Shown piece by piece: positions 10,702 through 24,273 of a stretch of 64,000 nucleotides of DNA. Each line of letters begins with the position of its first letter. Position 1 is the first letter of the stretch. Both the position numbers and the translations under genes were made by a program. Source of the stretch: Malacoraja senta (lineage: Eukaryota); contig CM075987.1 in NCBI GenBank assembly GCA_038087875.1, positions 25,980,001-26,044,000 of the forward strand, read 5' to 3'. The notes beneath the pieces were generated by a model, which was not told where the DNA came from, did not search any database, and saw only the letters and a program-made list of their open reading frames with translations.

Positions 10702-11031
10702 CGGGCGGCACGGTGGCGCAGTGGTAGAGTTGCTGCCTATACAGCGCTTGCAGCACCAGAGACACGGGTTCGATCCTGACTACGGGTGCTGTCCGTACGG
10801 AGTTTGCACGTTCTCCCAGTGACCTGTGTGGGTTTTCTCCGAGATCTTCGATTTCCACCCACACTCCAGAGACGTACAGGTTTGTAGGTTAATTGGGTTA
10901 GTGGAAGAGTAAATTGTCTCCTAGTGTGTGTAGAATAGTGTTAGTTTGCGGGGATCGCTGGTCGGTGCAGACTCGGTGGGCCGAAGGGCCTGTTTCCGCG
11001 TTGTATCTCTGAAATAAACCAAATTAAACTA
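10702..11031 (+). mobile_element. HE1 SINE, full length
   Basis: GGGCGGCACGGTGGCGCAG start, A/B boxes, V-domain, tail. Confidence 0.9.
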
Positions 11032-11424
11032 AAATTATTAAGTCGTGCACCAGGTCTTGTTGCTATCATATTGAAGCTGAAAACATATTTCAAAAATACC
11101 TTAGATTATCAAAGAAATGCAGAGAGGTTCCCTATCTGTACAAGGACTTTCTGTAAACTTAAAGATTCAATGATTCAGTTATACTTTATTGTCACTTGTA
11201 CCGAGCTACAGTGAAATGCTTTGTTTTGCATACAACCAGAAAAATTGTATTGTATTGTATTCCTTTATTGTCATAATTCATACAGCAGACCTCACCTATT
11301 TAACATTTTTCTTTTTAAATTACAAATACTTTGATTCAGAAAACAAAAACAAACATTCAATGAAAGTAACGCGATCAAAACTGTCTTTGTGGCAGTTTAC
11401 AGAACAACAGTCAACAATTTTATA

Positions 11425-13300
11425 TAGACAATAGACAATAGACAATAGGTACAGGAGTAGGCCATTTGGCCCTTCGAGCCAGCACCGCCATTCAATGTGA
11501 TCATGGCTGATCATCCCCAATCAGTACCCCCGTTCCTGCCTTCTCCCCATATCCCCTGACTCCGCCATCTTGGAGGAACGGCTGCTAAACAGCAGCCATC
11601 CGTCAAATTCACTTTTTGTTTAGTTTTAGCTTTTTTATTTCTTTGTTTGTTTGGGGGATTTTGACTTTTAATGTGGGGGGGGTAAGGGGGAAACTATTCC
11701 TAGGTCCCTACCTGGTCGGTGAGGCAGCTTTTTCTCCGGGCTGCCTCGTCGACCCGTCCTCGTGGCCTACCAGCGGGCATGGAGCGCCGTTTCCTGACGG
11801 GGACCGCCCAGCACCTTCAGCTTCGGTGGCGGCACAGCGCTGGAGCGCTATCGTGGAGCGTAGTGGGCGATGCCTTGCCTGGGTCGCCGCGCTGGATCGA
11901 CGCGCTGGAGCTCCGGTATGCGTTGGCCGCCGACATCAACACCTCCGGGCTGCGGGACTGCGGAACGACCAGCCACGGGCGGCGGCGCCGACTCCAACAT
12001 CGGGAGCCTCGTGGCTCCAAATCGGAGCGGCCCTGTCGGCTTCAGTTGAGATCGACTCCGCTGGGAAACCGGCCGTTCCAGCCGCTGCGAGGACTCTCCC
12101 GACGGCCAGGAACATCGGGCCTCCATAGAGGCAACTGTGGTGGCCTCGATGGGCCTGACTCTGGGGAGAACTGGGTTGGGGACTGGACATTGTGCCTTCC
12201 CCCACAGTGGTGGTCATTGTGGGGGGATGATTTCTGTGTGCTGTGCCTGTTAGTCTGTGTGCAAGATGGCGGTCGGAAGGGAGAGTGGACGCTGGCGCGA
12301 ATTGGTCGCCGCTGCTCTCTCCTCAAATTGTGTTTCTTATTTTCTTTTTGTGCTTTTGTACTTGAATTCTGTCCTTGATTTGTGTACTGTGGTGTTTTTA
12401 TATTTAATTTATTCCGATTATGTGTTTTGTATATTTGTGATTCTATGCCTTGTAAGGTGTCCTTGGGTTTTAGAAAGGCGCCAGTAAATAAAATGAATTA
12501 TTATTATTATTATTATCTTTAAGAGCCCTATCTAGCTCTCTCTTGAAAGTATCCAGAGAACCGGCCTCCACCACCCCCTGAGGCAGAGAATTCCACAGAC
12601 TCACCACTTTCTGTGAGAAAAAGTGTTTCCTCATCTCCGTTCTAAATGGCTTACTCCTTATTCTTAAACTGTGGCCCCTGGTTCTGGGCTCCCCCAACAT
12701 CGGGAACATGTTTCCTGCCGCTAGCGTGTCCAAACCCTTAACAATCTTATACGTTTCAATAAGATCCCCTCTCATCCTTCTGAACTCCAGAGTGTACAAG
12801 CCCAGCCGCTCCATTCTCTCAGCATATGACAGTCCCGCCATCCCGGGAATTAACCTTGTAAACCTACGCTGCACTCCCTCAATAGCAAGAATGTCCTTCC
12901 TCAAATTAGGGGACCAAAACTGCCCACAATACTCCAGGTGTGGTGTCACTAGGGCCCTGTACAACTGCAGAAGGACCTCTTTGCTCCTATACTCGACTCC
13001 TCTTGTTATAAAGGCCAACATGCCATTTGCTTTCTTCACTGCCTGCTGTACCTGCATGCTTACTTTCATAGACTGATGAACAAGGACCCCCAGATCCCTT
13101 TGTGCTTCCCCTTTCCCCAAGTTGACGCCATTTAGATAGTAATCTGCCTTCCTGTTTTTTATACCAAAGTGGATAACCTCACATTTATCCGCATTAAACT
13201 CCATCTGCCATACATCTGCCCACTCCCCCAAACTGTCCAAGTCACCCTGCATTCTCATAGCATCCTCCTCACAGTTCACACTGCCACCCAGCTTTGTGTA
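11425..13300 (-). mobile_element. CR1/HER1 LINE 3' part, split by an insertion at 11571-12515
   Basis: ORF 12470-13279: WQMEFNADKCEVIHFG..RDLGVLV..LYRALVTPHLEYC..; (CTATTGT)n tail. Confidence 0.92.
11571..12515 (+). mobile_element. GC-rich non-autonomous retroposon with L2-like (ATT)n tail
   Basis: Interrupts CR1 at ATCTT/ATCTT; ends GTAAGGTGTCCTTGGGTTTTAGAAAGGCGCCAGTAAATAAAATGAATT(ATT)n; no coding similarity recognised. Confidence 0.65.
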
Positions 13301-14204
13301 TGGAAGGGTCAGCTGTGAAAAAGTAAATTATCAAAGCAGATGGTGATAAGGAAAAGTAAAATGGTTCATTGTTAGCTGAGGGTAAGGTGACTACGAGGCG
13401 CACAATCCGTTATATTTAATCAGGAGGACAGTAGAACTCATCAGAATGAATGAATGAATGAGTGAATGAATACTTTATTGTTACATGTGACAAGTCACAG
13501 TGAAATTCTTTGCTTGCGTACCCAAGGTATGCAAATAGTGGCCACATAAAGGACGGCAACAAAGTTACAAAGTGCCCCGCGCCAGGTCCACGCTTGCGCT
13601 CCCCCCCTCCCCCTCCTTCACGCCGGGTCCTCTATTGTTCTTCCCCCTCCCTCAGAACGAGGATTAGAAAGATCAGAGAGAGTTCATTTTTCTTCTGTGA
13701 AAATTATGTGACACAAGTTTGAATTTGTGTAAAAGTTAGATTGTGATGAAGGGAAAAAAATCATCTGATTTAGAAGTTGCGTTGCAATAATTAGGTAACC
13801 ATACCATAGTTAGGAAAAATGACAGTTTTGTTCAAATGAATCTTAATGGAAGGAATCATTAAATAGGGAGAAGTTCATTTCTGCTCTTCAATCAACAAGC
13901 TAATTTGATTTTGTTCAATGTTTGGAATTTCATGCTTGAAGCTTGTTTATTATAGTCAGCGACAGAATACAAATCTCACTGGAGTACAAGGTTTGGAGGT
14001 GAGAGTCTAACAGAACATACCGGCAACTCACAAAAATCACAATACATGTTTCCTGTCAAGGCGTTGATACACTGAGGTGAAAACGCAAGGACAATGAAAA
14101 CTAACTGCTTGAAAATCATAGATAGACACAAAAAGCTGGAGTAACTCAGCGGGGCAGACAGCATCTCTGGAGAAAAGGAATAGGTGACGTTTCGGGTCAT
14201 TGAA

Positions 14205-15605
14205 ACAGAGAAAATAGGTGCAGTAGTAGGCCGTTCGGCCCCCTGAACCAGCACCGCCGTTCAATAGGATCACGGCTGATCATCCAAAATCAGTACCCCG
14301 TTCTTGCTTTCTTCTATATCCCTTGATTCCGTTAGCCCCAAGAGCTCCATCTAACTCTCTCTTGAAAACATCCAGTGAATTGGCCTCCACTGCCTTCTGT
14401 GGCAGAGAATTCCACAGATTCATAACTCTCTGCGTGAAAAAGTTTTTCCTCATCCCAGTCCTAAATGGCCTACCCCTTATTCTTAAACTGTGTGACCCCT
14501 GGTTCTGGACTCCCCCAACATCGGGAACATTATTCCTGCATCCAACCTGTCCAATCCCTTAAGTATTTGATATATTACTATAAGACGCCCTCTCATCCTT
14601 CTAAATTCCAGTGAATATAAGAGTTGAGAGTCGAGACCCTTCTTCAGACTGAGAGTCTTGGGTGGGAAACGAGGGATATAGACGGTGATGTAGATGTCCA
14701 TTTCCACCCTGGGAAACAGGCTCTGACCTTCTACCCAATCTAAGCCTTTTATATACTTCTATTAGCTCTCCCCTCAACCACCGATGTTCCAGAGAAAATA
14801 ATCCAAATCTATCCAACCTCTCGCTGTAGCCAAAGCCCTCTAACCCAGACAGCATTCTAGTATATTTCCTCTGCACCTTCTCCAAAGCCTCCACATCTTT
14901 CAATAGACAATAGACAATAGACAATAGGTGCAGGAGTAGGCCATTCGGCCCTTCGAGCCAGCACCGCCATTCAATGTGATCATGGCTGATCATCCACAAT
15001 CAGTACCCCGTTCCTGCCTTCTCCCCATATCCCCTGACTCCGCTATTTTTAAGAACCCTATCTAGCTCCCCCATGAAAGCATCCAGAGAACCTGCCTCCA
15101 CCGCCCTCTGAGGCAGAGAATTCCACAGACTCACCACTCTCCGTGAGAAAAAGTGTTTCCTCATATCCGTTCTAAATGGCTTACACCTTATTCTTAAACT
15201 GTGGCCCCCGGTTCTGGACTCCCCCAACATCGGGAACATGTTTCCTGCCTCTAGCGTGTACAAGCCCTTAACAATCTTATATGTGATGTAATCTTATCCT
15301 GTAATGTGTGAGCAGAACTGCACTCAATACTCCGAATGTGGTCTAATCAACGTCCTACGGAGCTGCATCATGGTTTCCTGACTCTTATATTCAATGCCCC
15401 TCTCAATGAGGGCAAGCGTACCATACGCTTTCTTTACCTCCCTATCTACTTGTGCTGCCATCTTCAGTGAGCTATGAACTTGGACTCCAAGATCCCTCTG
15501 TACATCAATGCTCTTAAGTGTGTGTGCCACTGATTATATACTCTCCCCTTCCATTCGACCTTCCAAAGTGCAACGCCTCACACTTGCTCGGGTTAAACTC
15601 CATTA
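14205..15605 (-). mobile_element. Cluster of CR1/HER1 3' fragments with small Penelope-derived pieces
   Basis: Repeated ESRTRGHSLRIR-type and LEKVQRKYTRMLSGLE-type segments, (CTATTGT)n tail near 14905-14926. Confidence 0.8.
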
Positions 15606-15730
15606 AACCCCAATGACATTGCGCAGTAACTCCAAATTAAACACAACTAAATTAATCGCTTGCATACTCGACATATTAATCCCATATTGTTCCCAATACT
15701 CTACATGAATTAATGTTGAATGCTTAATTT

Positions 15731-16000
15731 CGAGATACAACATGGAAACAGGCCCTCCGGCCCACCGAGTCTGCGCCGACCACCACTCCCGGCAAACTAA
15801 CACTATACTACACACACGCGGGACAATTTACAATATACCACGTCGATTAATCTACAAACCTTTGGAGTGTGGAAGGACACCGGAGGAAACCTACGCATGT
15901 CACGGAGGGGAACAGACAAACTCCGTACAGACAGCACCCATAGTCAGGATCGGACCCAGGTCTCTGGCGCTGTGAGACAGCAACTCTACCGCCGTGCCAC
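15731..16000 (-). mobile_element. HE1 SINE
   Basis: Reverse complement of the HE1 consensus. Confidence 0.85.
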
Positions 16001-16124
16001 GTCTTAATCCAAATGCCTAATCAAAATCACAATCAGGTTGTTGCCAAAATGTGAATCTTAGAATTTTCCCCAAAACGTTTGTTAATTGTACTTCTAAATG
16101 TCTCAAAAGAGACAGGAATTCTTT

Positions 16125-16615
16125 TCCAGGTGAGGCAGAGGTTCACCTGCACCTCCTCCAACCTCATCTATTGCATCCGCTGCTCTAGGTGTCAGCTGCT
16201 CTACATCAGTGAGACCAAGCGCAGGCTCGGCGATCGCTTCGCCCAACACCTCCGCACAGTTCGCATTAACCAACCTGATCTCCCAATGGCTCAGCACTTC
16301 AACTCCCCCTCCCATTCCGAATCCGATCTTTCTGTCTTGGGGCTCCTCCATGGCCAGAGTGAGTCCCACCGCAAATTGGAGGAGCAGCACCTCATATTTT
16401 ACACCCCAGCGGTATGAACATTGACTTCTCCAATTTCAGGTAGTCTTTGCTTTCTCCCTCCTTCCCCTCCCCTTCCCAGCTCTCCCACAGCCCACTGTCT
16501 CCGCCTCTTCCTTTCTTCTTCCCGCCGCCCCCACATCAGTCTGAAGAAGGGTCTCGACCCGGAACGTCACCTATTCCTTCGCTCCATAGATGTTCCTCCA
16601 GCATTTTTGTCTACT
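16125..16615 (+). mobile_element. Penelope-like element 3' end: GIY-YIG endonuclease fragment, UTR and hammerhead-like core
   Basis: QVRQRFTCTSSNLIYCIRCSRCQLLYISETKRRLGDRFAQH (GIY-YIG with CxxC); CTGAAGAAGGGTCTCGACCCGGAACGTC at 16541. Confidence 0.88.
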
Positions 16616-17136
16616 TCGGAATTCTTCAAATGTTGATTTAAAATACAGTATCCACCTGAACACCATTTTCACGCATCTATGTCAAAGACAGTTGGCACAA
16701 AAGCCATTATACTCTGTTGTCCATTGCTGTATAGAACTGAAGACATTGTCACCTTGTGGGGGGGGGCAACAATCTTAAATTGTCGAAGTGGCCATATTCA
16801 TGACATTTGTCACTGTTGCCGTGACAAAGGATGGCTGTGACAAAAGCAAAAGAAGTCATTAGAAATTGTGCGTGCTCATTGGAAAAGTAGATTCAATGAT
16901 GTGACCTTGTTTCTGGACAGAATCTTGCACCAAATAGTCCTTCCCACTCAGCTGGATGACAAAGAACAGAGTCCAAAAATACTTTTTCTTATTGAGTAAA
17001 GAGATTCAATGGACATGTTTTTAAAGGGATCAGGAGCGCAGCCCTTATGAGTCAATTCTACATCAATAACTGTTCCAGTATTAGGGTGCTCCTAGCAATG
17101 ACACTCACATGATACAGATTTGCAAAGCAGCTCACT

Positions 17137-17447
17137 TGTTTAGTTTAGTTTAGAGATACAGCGAAGAAACAGGCCCTTCGGCCCACCGAGTCCGCGCCAA
17201 CCAGCAATCCCCACACAGTAACACTATCATACACACACAAGGGAAAATGTGCATTTATACCAAGCCAATTAACCTACAAACCTGTACATCTTTGGTGTGT
17301 GGGAGGAAACCGAAGATCTTGGAGAAAACCCACGCGGTCACAGGGAGAACTTACAAACTCTGTTGGACAGCACCCGTAGTCAAGATCGAACTTGCGTCTC
17401 TGGCGCTGCAAGCGCTGTAAGGCAGCAACTCAACCGTGGCACCACCG
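17137..17447 (-). mobile_element. HE1 SINE
   Basis: Reverse complement of the HE1 consensus. Confidence 0.88.
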
Positions 17448-17544
17448 TTTCTTGGCTTCATAGTTTATGTTCGTAAAGTTAAAGGAACAGAATTAGGCCA
17501 TTCGGGTTTCCGATCGACTAACTGGCTTGGTACAAGTGTAAAAT

Positions 17545-17930
17545 TGAAACATATAAGATTGTTAAGGGTTTGGACACGCTAGAGGCAGGAAACATGTTCC
17601 CGATGTTGGGGGAGTCCAGAACCAGGGGCCACACAGTTTAAGAATAAGGGGTAAGGCATTTAGAACGCAGACGAGGAAACACTTTTTCTCACGGAGAGTG
17701 GTGAGTCTGTGAAATTCTCTGCCTCAGAGGGCGGTGGAGGCAGGTTCTCTGGATGCTTTCAAGAGAGAGCTAGATAGGGCTCTTAAAAATAGCGGAGTTG
17801 GGGGATATGGGGACAAGGCAGGAACGGGGTACTGATTGGGGATGATCAGCCATGATCACATTGAATGGCGGTGCTGGCTCGAAGGGCCGAATGGCCTAAT
17901 CCTGCACCCATTGTCTTTTGTCTATTGTCT
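17545..17930 (+). mobile_element. CR1/HER1 3' fragment inserted in an HE1 remnant
   Basis: ETYKIVKGLDTLEAGNMFPMLGESRTRG; HE1 sequence on both sides. Confidence 0.85.
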
Positions 17931-18640
17931 CCAGTGTGTTAATGTGCAAGGATCGCTGGTCGGCACGGACTTGGTGGACTGAAGGGCCCGTTGCCACGCT
18001 ATAGCTCTAAACTAAACTAAACATAAGTTTGCACAGGCTCAATGCAGAGGGAAAGGAAAGGATGAATTGTTTTATAGATTGGGGAGATACAGTTTCTGCA
18101 GAGATCAAGTGCGATTGCAGCACAAATCTCTTAGCCTTTGTTGGCGGTCCATGAAGCGGTTCAGTTAAGCTCTGCGGTTGCTTTGGTGGTCAATTCATGC
18201 ATAAGTTGACCCATTGTACCAGGACTTGTGAATTGCCCATCTATTGCTCGACAGTGTTTGAGGATGTAAATAATATGATGACACTCCATGTGTCAGTGTC
18301 AGTTCGTATTTTAAAAGGAAGGTTTGACACACAGGCAGACTTTTTTTTACTGCAGTCTCCAATGGCACAAACAGGTAGCAGGCAGAAAAAAATGCTGGAG
18401 GAACTCAGCGGGTGAAGCAGCATCTATGGAGTGAAGGAATAGGCGACGCTTTGGGTCAAGACCCTTCTTAAACAGAAAGAAGGCAGTCAGAAGAACATTT
18501 TTAATTAAAAATCAGACACATTTGCTAATGTAAATGAGGAAATAGCAGGCTGAAACTTGAATACACAGTATTTACAGCTATCTGTAAGAAAAGCTGCAAA
18601 ACTAAATGCCTGATCGTTTCCATAATTTCGAAGAGACTTA

Positions 18641-18970
18641 AACCCCTGTCCCATGGTACGAGTTCATTCCAAGAGCTCTCCCGAGTTTGCCCTGATTCGA
18701 ACTCGGAGATTTACGGTAATGGCCACTCGTCGGTACTCGGGGCTCTCGTGGACATTTTTCATCATGTTGAAAAATCTTCACGAGCCTTCCCGTGCTTACC
18801 TGCCGTTAGCGAGTCCTCCTGAGTACCTGCCGTTAGCGTTACGAGCCGCTAAGAGACGTCCCCGAGCTCCGACGTACCCGCTACGTTCATTTTCCGTGCT
18901 TACCACGAGTTTGATTTTTTTAAAACTCGGGAGAGCTCTTGGAATGAACTCGTACCGTGGGACAGGGCCA
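18641..18970. mobile_element. PIF/Harbinger-type MITE, family A
   Basis: TIR as at 2931; TTA TSD. Confidence 0.88.
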
Positions 18971-19499
18971 TTAGAGATTGACTTGGAAACTTGAGGGAAT
19001 CGAGAACCAGAGAACGTAGGTCTAAGTTGAGGGGGGGGGAGAAATTTAAGGGTCGGATGGGTAACTTTTTCACGCAAAGGGGGACGTGTGTGTGGAACAA
19101 ACTGCGGAGGAGGTAGTCGAGGCTGGGATCTATCGCAACGTTTAGGAAACATTTAGACAGGTACATGGATAGGACAGGTTTAGAGGGATATGGGCCAAAT
19201 GAAGGCAGGTGGGACTAATGTTGAGACATATTGGACGGTGTGGGCAAGTTAGGCCGAAGGGCTTGTTTCCAACCTGTAAGACTTCTATGACTCGATGACT
19301 CAATTTAAAATAAAGATTCCTAGCATTCAAGTTATAAACAGGAACATTTTGTTTTTAAAGATGATGCGGACTTATCGTGGAATGCATTTCGACCCCCACA
19401 GCCACAGCTGGGATATTGGCCAATGTGCATGTTGTTCTGTACTTTTCTACGTTCTAAACCAGATCATTTGTGCGCATTTTAGCGGGATGTGTCACAGCT

Positions 19500-19990
19500 T
19501 CATCGAAATTGCAGCGAATTGTGGACGCAGCTCAAGACCATCACACAAACCAACCTCCCTTGCATTCACTCCATTTATACGTCACGCTGCCTCGGCAAGG
19601 CCAGCAGCATAATCAAGGACGAGTCGCACCCCGGCCACTCCCTCTTCTCCCCTCTCCCATTAGGGCAAAAAGTACAGAAGTTTGAAAACGCACACCTCCA
19701 GTTTCAGGGACAGTTTCTTCCCAGCTTTTATTAGGCAACTAAATCATCCCACCACAACTTGAGAGCAGTCCTGAGCTACTATCTACCTCATTGGAGACAC
19801 TCGGACTATCTTAGATTGGACTTTGCTGGCTTTACCTTGCACAAAACGTTATTCCCTTATCATGTATCTGTACACTGTGAATGGCTCGATTGTAATCATG
19901 TATTGCCTTTCCGCTGACTGGTTAGCACGCAACAAAAGCTTTTCACTGTACCTCGGTACACGTGACAATATACAAAAACTGAACTGAACT
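19500..19990 (+). mobile_element. Rex1/Babar-type LINE 3' fragment
   Basis: KLQRIV..SIYTSRCLGKASSIIKDESHPGHSLFSPLP; (AACTG)n tail; related copies at 39040-39470(-), 50010-50490(+) and 58920-59165(-). Confidence 0.85.
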
Positions 19991-20499
19991 GGATAAAATT
20001 TACAAATCTTTTGCTGCACTGATGTCATTTTGAATATTCCCCCAATACAACTTATTGTCGCAGAACGAAAACCTACCTATTTTCCAGCATGTTCCGTTGT
20101 AATTGCCGGCAATGCAATATTTGTCCTTTCTCAGCTTCCTTTCCCACCATTGTGGGGTCCACACTAGATGTTCAACTGCACCACTGTAGGGACCTGGGAC
20201 AAACCTGATCTTCTCAACGTGTAGGAAGGAACTGCAGATGCTGGTTTACACCGAAGAAGGAAAACAAAATGCTGGAGTAACAGCGGAACAGGCAGCATCT
20301 CTGCAGAGAAGGAATGGGTGATGTTTTCAAGTCGAGGCCCTTCTTCAGACTTAGTCGTTAGTGTTAGTGTGCAGGGATCACTGGTCGATGTGCACTCGGT
20401 GGGCTGGAGGGCCTGTTTCCACGCTGTGTCTTTAAACTAAACTACAGTAAATAAGCTTGACATAACTTTAACTACTGTTGATTTTGTATAGACCTAGAA

Positions 20500-20720
20500 C
20501 AGGGGTTTCCAACCTTTTTCGTCCCGTTTACCCCTGGCAACTTTCTTGGCACATAACAATGTTATTTCACTAATTAATGAACAACTAATGATGAACAGAT
20601 ACCAGTATACCGGAACCAAGCACAGTTAGTCAATGAGAACAAATATGTACAAATCCAGAATCAACAAATCTACCCCCTGGGTAGGCGATATTTACCCCAT
20701 TCCCAGATTGGGAATCCTTA
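20500..20720. mobile_element. hAT (Charlie-like) MITE
   Basis: CAGGGGTTTCCAACCT / AGATTGGGAATCCTTA imperfect TIRs; perfect 8-bp TSD ACCTAGAA. Confidence 0.8.
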
Positions 20721-22422
20721 ACCTAGAAGCTCATCACACTATTCTAAACGAACATTACCATATCACCATCTGCTTTGATCTGCCATTTTCACACCTTACT
20801 CTTTTATATCTCTTGACTCCCTCTCCCCTGACTCTGTCTGAAGAAGGGTCTCGAGCTGAAACGTCACCCATTCCTTCCACCCAGAGATGCTGCCTGTCCC
20901 GCTGAGTTACTCCAACATTTTGTGCCTATCTTGATCCTCCCAATCTTCCCCCTCCTTCTATTCTGCTGCCTTCACTCCACGATTTTCACGCATTGTGTGG
21001 GTAAAAAATCATCAGCTGCCAAGAAAGACACGAGTTTCTTAATTGCTACTGCATTCTATCTCCACAAACCCATAAAATAATGACACATTGCTGAGGGATA
21101 GCCGTAGGAATTGAAATCTAATCAAGTAGCGCTCAAGGTGCCAAGCTATAAAATGGTGATATTCAACAAGACATGTTCTTGCAGTATGCATTCACTCTCG
21201 TCATTACTTTGGGAAGGGCAAAGAAAATATTGCCTGATGCAGTTTGTATAACAAATGGAGGAATTGGTAGTAGGAAAGTTTGGGAAGTGACACAGTAATA
21301 ATAAAACTCACAATTTATTTTTCAAAATTGTCATTCACCATATTGGCGTGCCTCATATGCAGTTTATATCTGCAATGTGAAAAGACGATTTTAACACAAC
21401 ATGCTCTCTCTGCTGCCCAGCCATTCCTCGAATAATGCGATGTCTTCAGGGAAAATATTTTGTTGAGTGAGGCTTCGTAAATCATGACAAAAACATAATG
21501 TGAGTATTTTAATATGGACTCGGGGGGGGGGGGGGGGGGGCTCATGTTGTCCACCTCCCCGTGGTGAGCCCTGTCAACTGGCCTCAGTCAGGCGAACGCC
21601 AACAAACATAGACAGCTTGGCGCCGCAGCTTGGCGCCAACCCGGAGTACGCGCCCCTTTTTAGGGCGGCCCCAGGAATTAAAATGTACAAATACAAATGG
21701 TCAGGTTCTGAGTATGGTACACCTCCAATTAGCTATTTTCCTCATTTCCATTTGAAAATACATCTTTCACCACAATAAAGCATTTTTTTCCCTCTGCAAT
21801 AAAGAGGCTTTTATTCCATTAATGGTGTTTTTAAAGTTGATGAACGCTTATTCTGACTTTAATCAATCCTCCTCGCACGATTCCTGTCATTGTAAATGCT
21901 GCCATTAATATCGCCGCGCAGAAAATGAGAAAGGATATTTGCAACGCAATATGCTGGGGAGACTTGTGATAAATGCAGCTGGTTATAAAGTCAACTCAGT
22001 AATCAAAGCGTTTTGAATAACGTCAGCAAAGGCCCCGTAAATAAGGCTTACATAGCTCCATTATGTTTGACAGTTACAAAATTCATGTTTCTCAAGTTGC
22101 AAATTCTACCATTTCATATCCAGTTATGTTGTCCAACCTTCCTTTATTCCCATTCATCCACAGAGTCATAAGAATGATACAGCATGGAAACAGGCCCTTC
22201 GGCCCAACTTGCCCAAACCGGCCAACATGTCCCAGCTACACCCATCCCACCTGCCTGCGTTTGGTCCATATCCCACCAAACCTGTCCTCTCCATGTACCT
22301 GTCCATTTTGATCCATCTAGCTATATTGCTTTCAAAATAAACCTCTCAATGTACCGAAACTTTAAAATACCAATGCGAACAGATGCAATTGTGAATCAAA
22401 CAGGTCAAAGTTTACGTGCTAA

Positions 22423-22759
22423 AGGGCCTGTCCCACTGTACGAGGTAATTCAAGAGTTCTCCCGAGTTCTCCCCTGATTCGAGCTCGTGTAATGTACGTG
22501 GCGGGTACGTGGGGGCTCGTACGAGTAAAAAAAAATTTTTAAATTCATCACGAGTATTTTTTTTACTCGGGGACATTTTTCATGGTGTTAAAAAAACATC
22601 ACGAGTTTACCGGATTTCCTGAGTACCTACCGTTACTCGTACGAGCCGCTACGTGACATCCACGAGCTCCTACGTACCCGCTACGTACATTACACAAGCT
22701 CGAATCAGGGGAGAACTCGGGAGAACTCTTGAATTACCTCGTACAGTGGGACAGGCCCT
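22423..22759. mobile_element. PIF/Harbinger-type MITE, family B
   Basis: About 100-bp TIR starting AGGGCCTGTCCCACTGTACGAGGTAATTCAAGAG; TAA TSD. Confidence 0.9.
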
Positions 22760-23347
22760 TAAATATCAAGTTCAAGTTCACATTTATTGTCACGTGTACC
22801 AATTAAGGAACAGTGATATTTGAGTTACCATACAGCCATGCTAATTGAAAAGAAACATTACACACAGCCACATAAAATAAAATTTAACATATGGATAGCG
22901 GAGTTAATGGATATGGAGAGAGGGCAGGAGCGGGGTACTGATTGTGGATGATCAGCCATGATCACATTGAATGGCGGTGCTGGCTCGAAGGGCCGCATGG
23001 CCTACTCCTGCACCTATTGTCTATTGTCTATAAACATCCACCACAGCGGGATGAGTGAATGTTATCTATGTCGAGGGTTGCTTTTTTGAATCTTTATGAA
23101 GTAAAATATTTACACAGGTATTCCTTAAGGAGAATTACAGACTCGTCATCCTGAATAAAGGGCAACTCAATTGACTTTGGCAAAGAGAACTAGGCATGCG
23201 ATCAACAGCAAAGCAGCAGATGGCAATCAGTCTAATTTTCTTGGCTGGGATGAAAATAGTTTAAACATACCTATTGAGGAGATGCAATCAACAAAGATGT
23301 AGCAACTATTCTTGGCTGGTCAGCCAATGTTGTGTACATAATACAAC

Positions 23348-23760
23348 ATAGTATAGTATTTTAGTATAGTATTTTAATGACCACACAGCCAAGCTGGTGG
23401 AATTTTTGGGTTGTCAGCAGCGATACAATAATAAAGAACACACAACCACAATAAAAAAACGTAACACAAACATCCACCACAGCATTCAACACTGTGGTGG
23501 AAGGCACAAGAATTTGGCCAATCCTCCTCCATTTCCCCTCCGTGGACAGGGCCAGAGTCCAGAGTCAGTCCAGGATCGGCTCTTCCTCACCGGAGACCGC
23601 GGCCTTAAGTTGTTGTAGGCCGCAGGCCGGCTGTCGAGATTTAAAGTCTCCGCCGCAGCCAGAAGCACCGTAGACTGCAGGGCCGGCGGTCGAAGCTCCC
23701 CTGCAGGGGTGTTGGTAAGTCCATGCCGGCCCCGCGGTAGAAGTTGGCCGCGGGCCGGCA
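23348..23760 (-). mobile_element. GC-rich non-autonomous retroposon fragment with Rex1-like tail
   Basis: Shares the CCTTCCACCACAGTG..CTGTGGTGGATG hairpin with 11571-12515 and 57955-58773; (ATACT)n tail. Confidence 0.55.
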
Positions 23761-24073
23761 GTTACGGGAAGGCAGGTACGGGATACTGAGTTGGATGATC
23801 AGCCATGATCATATTGAATGGCGGTGCAGGCTCGAAGGGCCGAATGGCCTACTCCTGCACCTATTTTCTATGTATCTATGTATCTATATACAGGTATGTA
23901 GCTATGTATCTATGTACATGCAAATCAAATGATAATAAAGTTATTACTGGTTGTGATTTTCTGTATTCAAATGTCTGATTGCCTTTTAGTTTAGCAAGAA
24001 ACATTTTTTTAGTTCATCCACAAGTTGTTGATCTCCTGATTAAAGCATTTAAAGACTTTGAAATATTTAGGTG

Positions 24074-24273
24074 NNNNNNNNNNNNNNNNNNNNNNNNNNN
24101 NNNNNNNNNNNNNNNNNNNNNNNNNNNNNNNNNNNNNNNNNNNNNNNNNNNNNNNNNNNNNNNNNNNNNNNNNNNNNNNNNNNNNNNNNNNNNNNNNNNN
24201 NNNNNNNNNNNNNNNNNNNNNNNNNNNNNNNNNNNNNNNNNNNNNNNNNNNNNNNNNNNNNNNNNNNNNNNNN
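24074..24273. other. Assembly gap (200 N)
   Basis: Run of N; ORFs spanning it are artefacts. Confidence 1.

Noticed and set aside
11616..12378. Long overlapping ORFs of 170-219 aa
   Set aside because: GC-rich repeat with open frames on both strands and no recognisable domain
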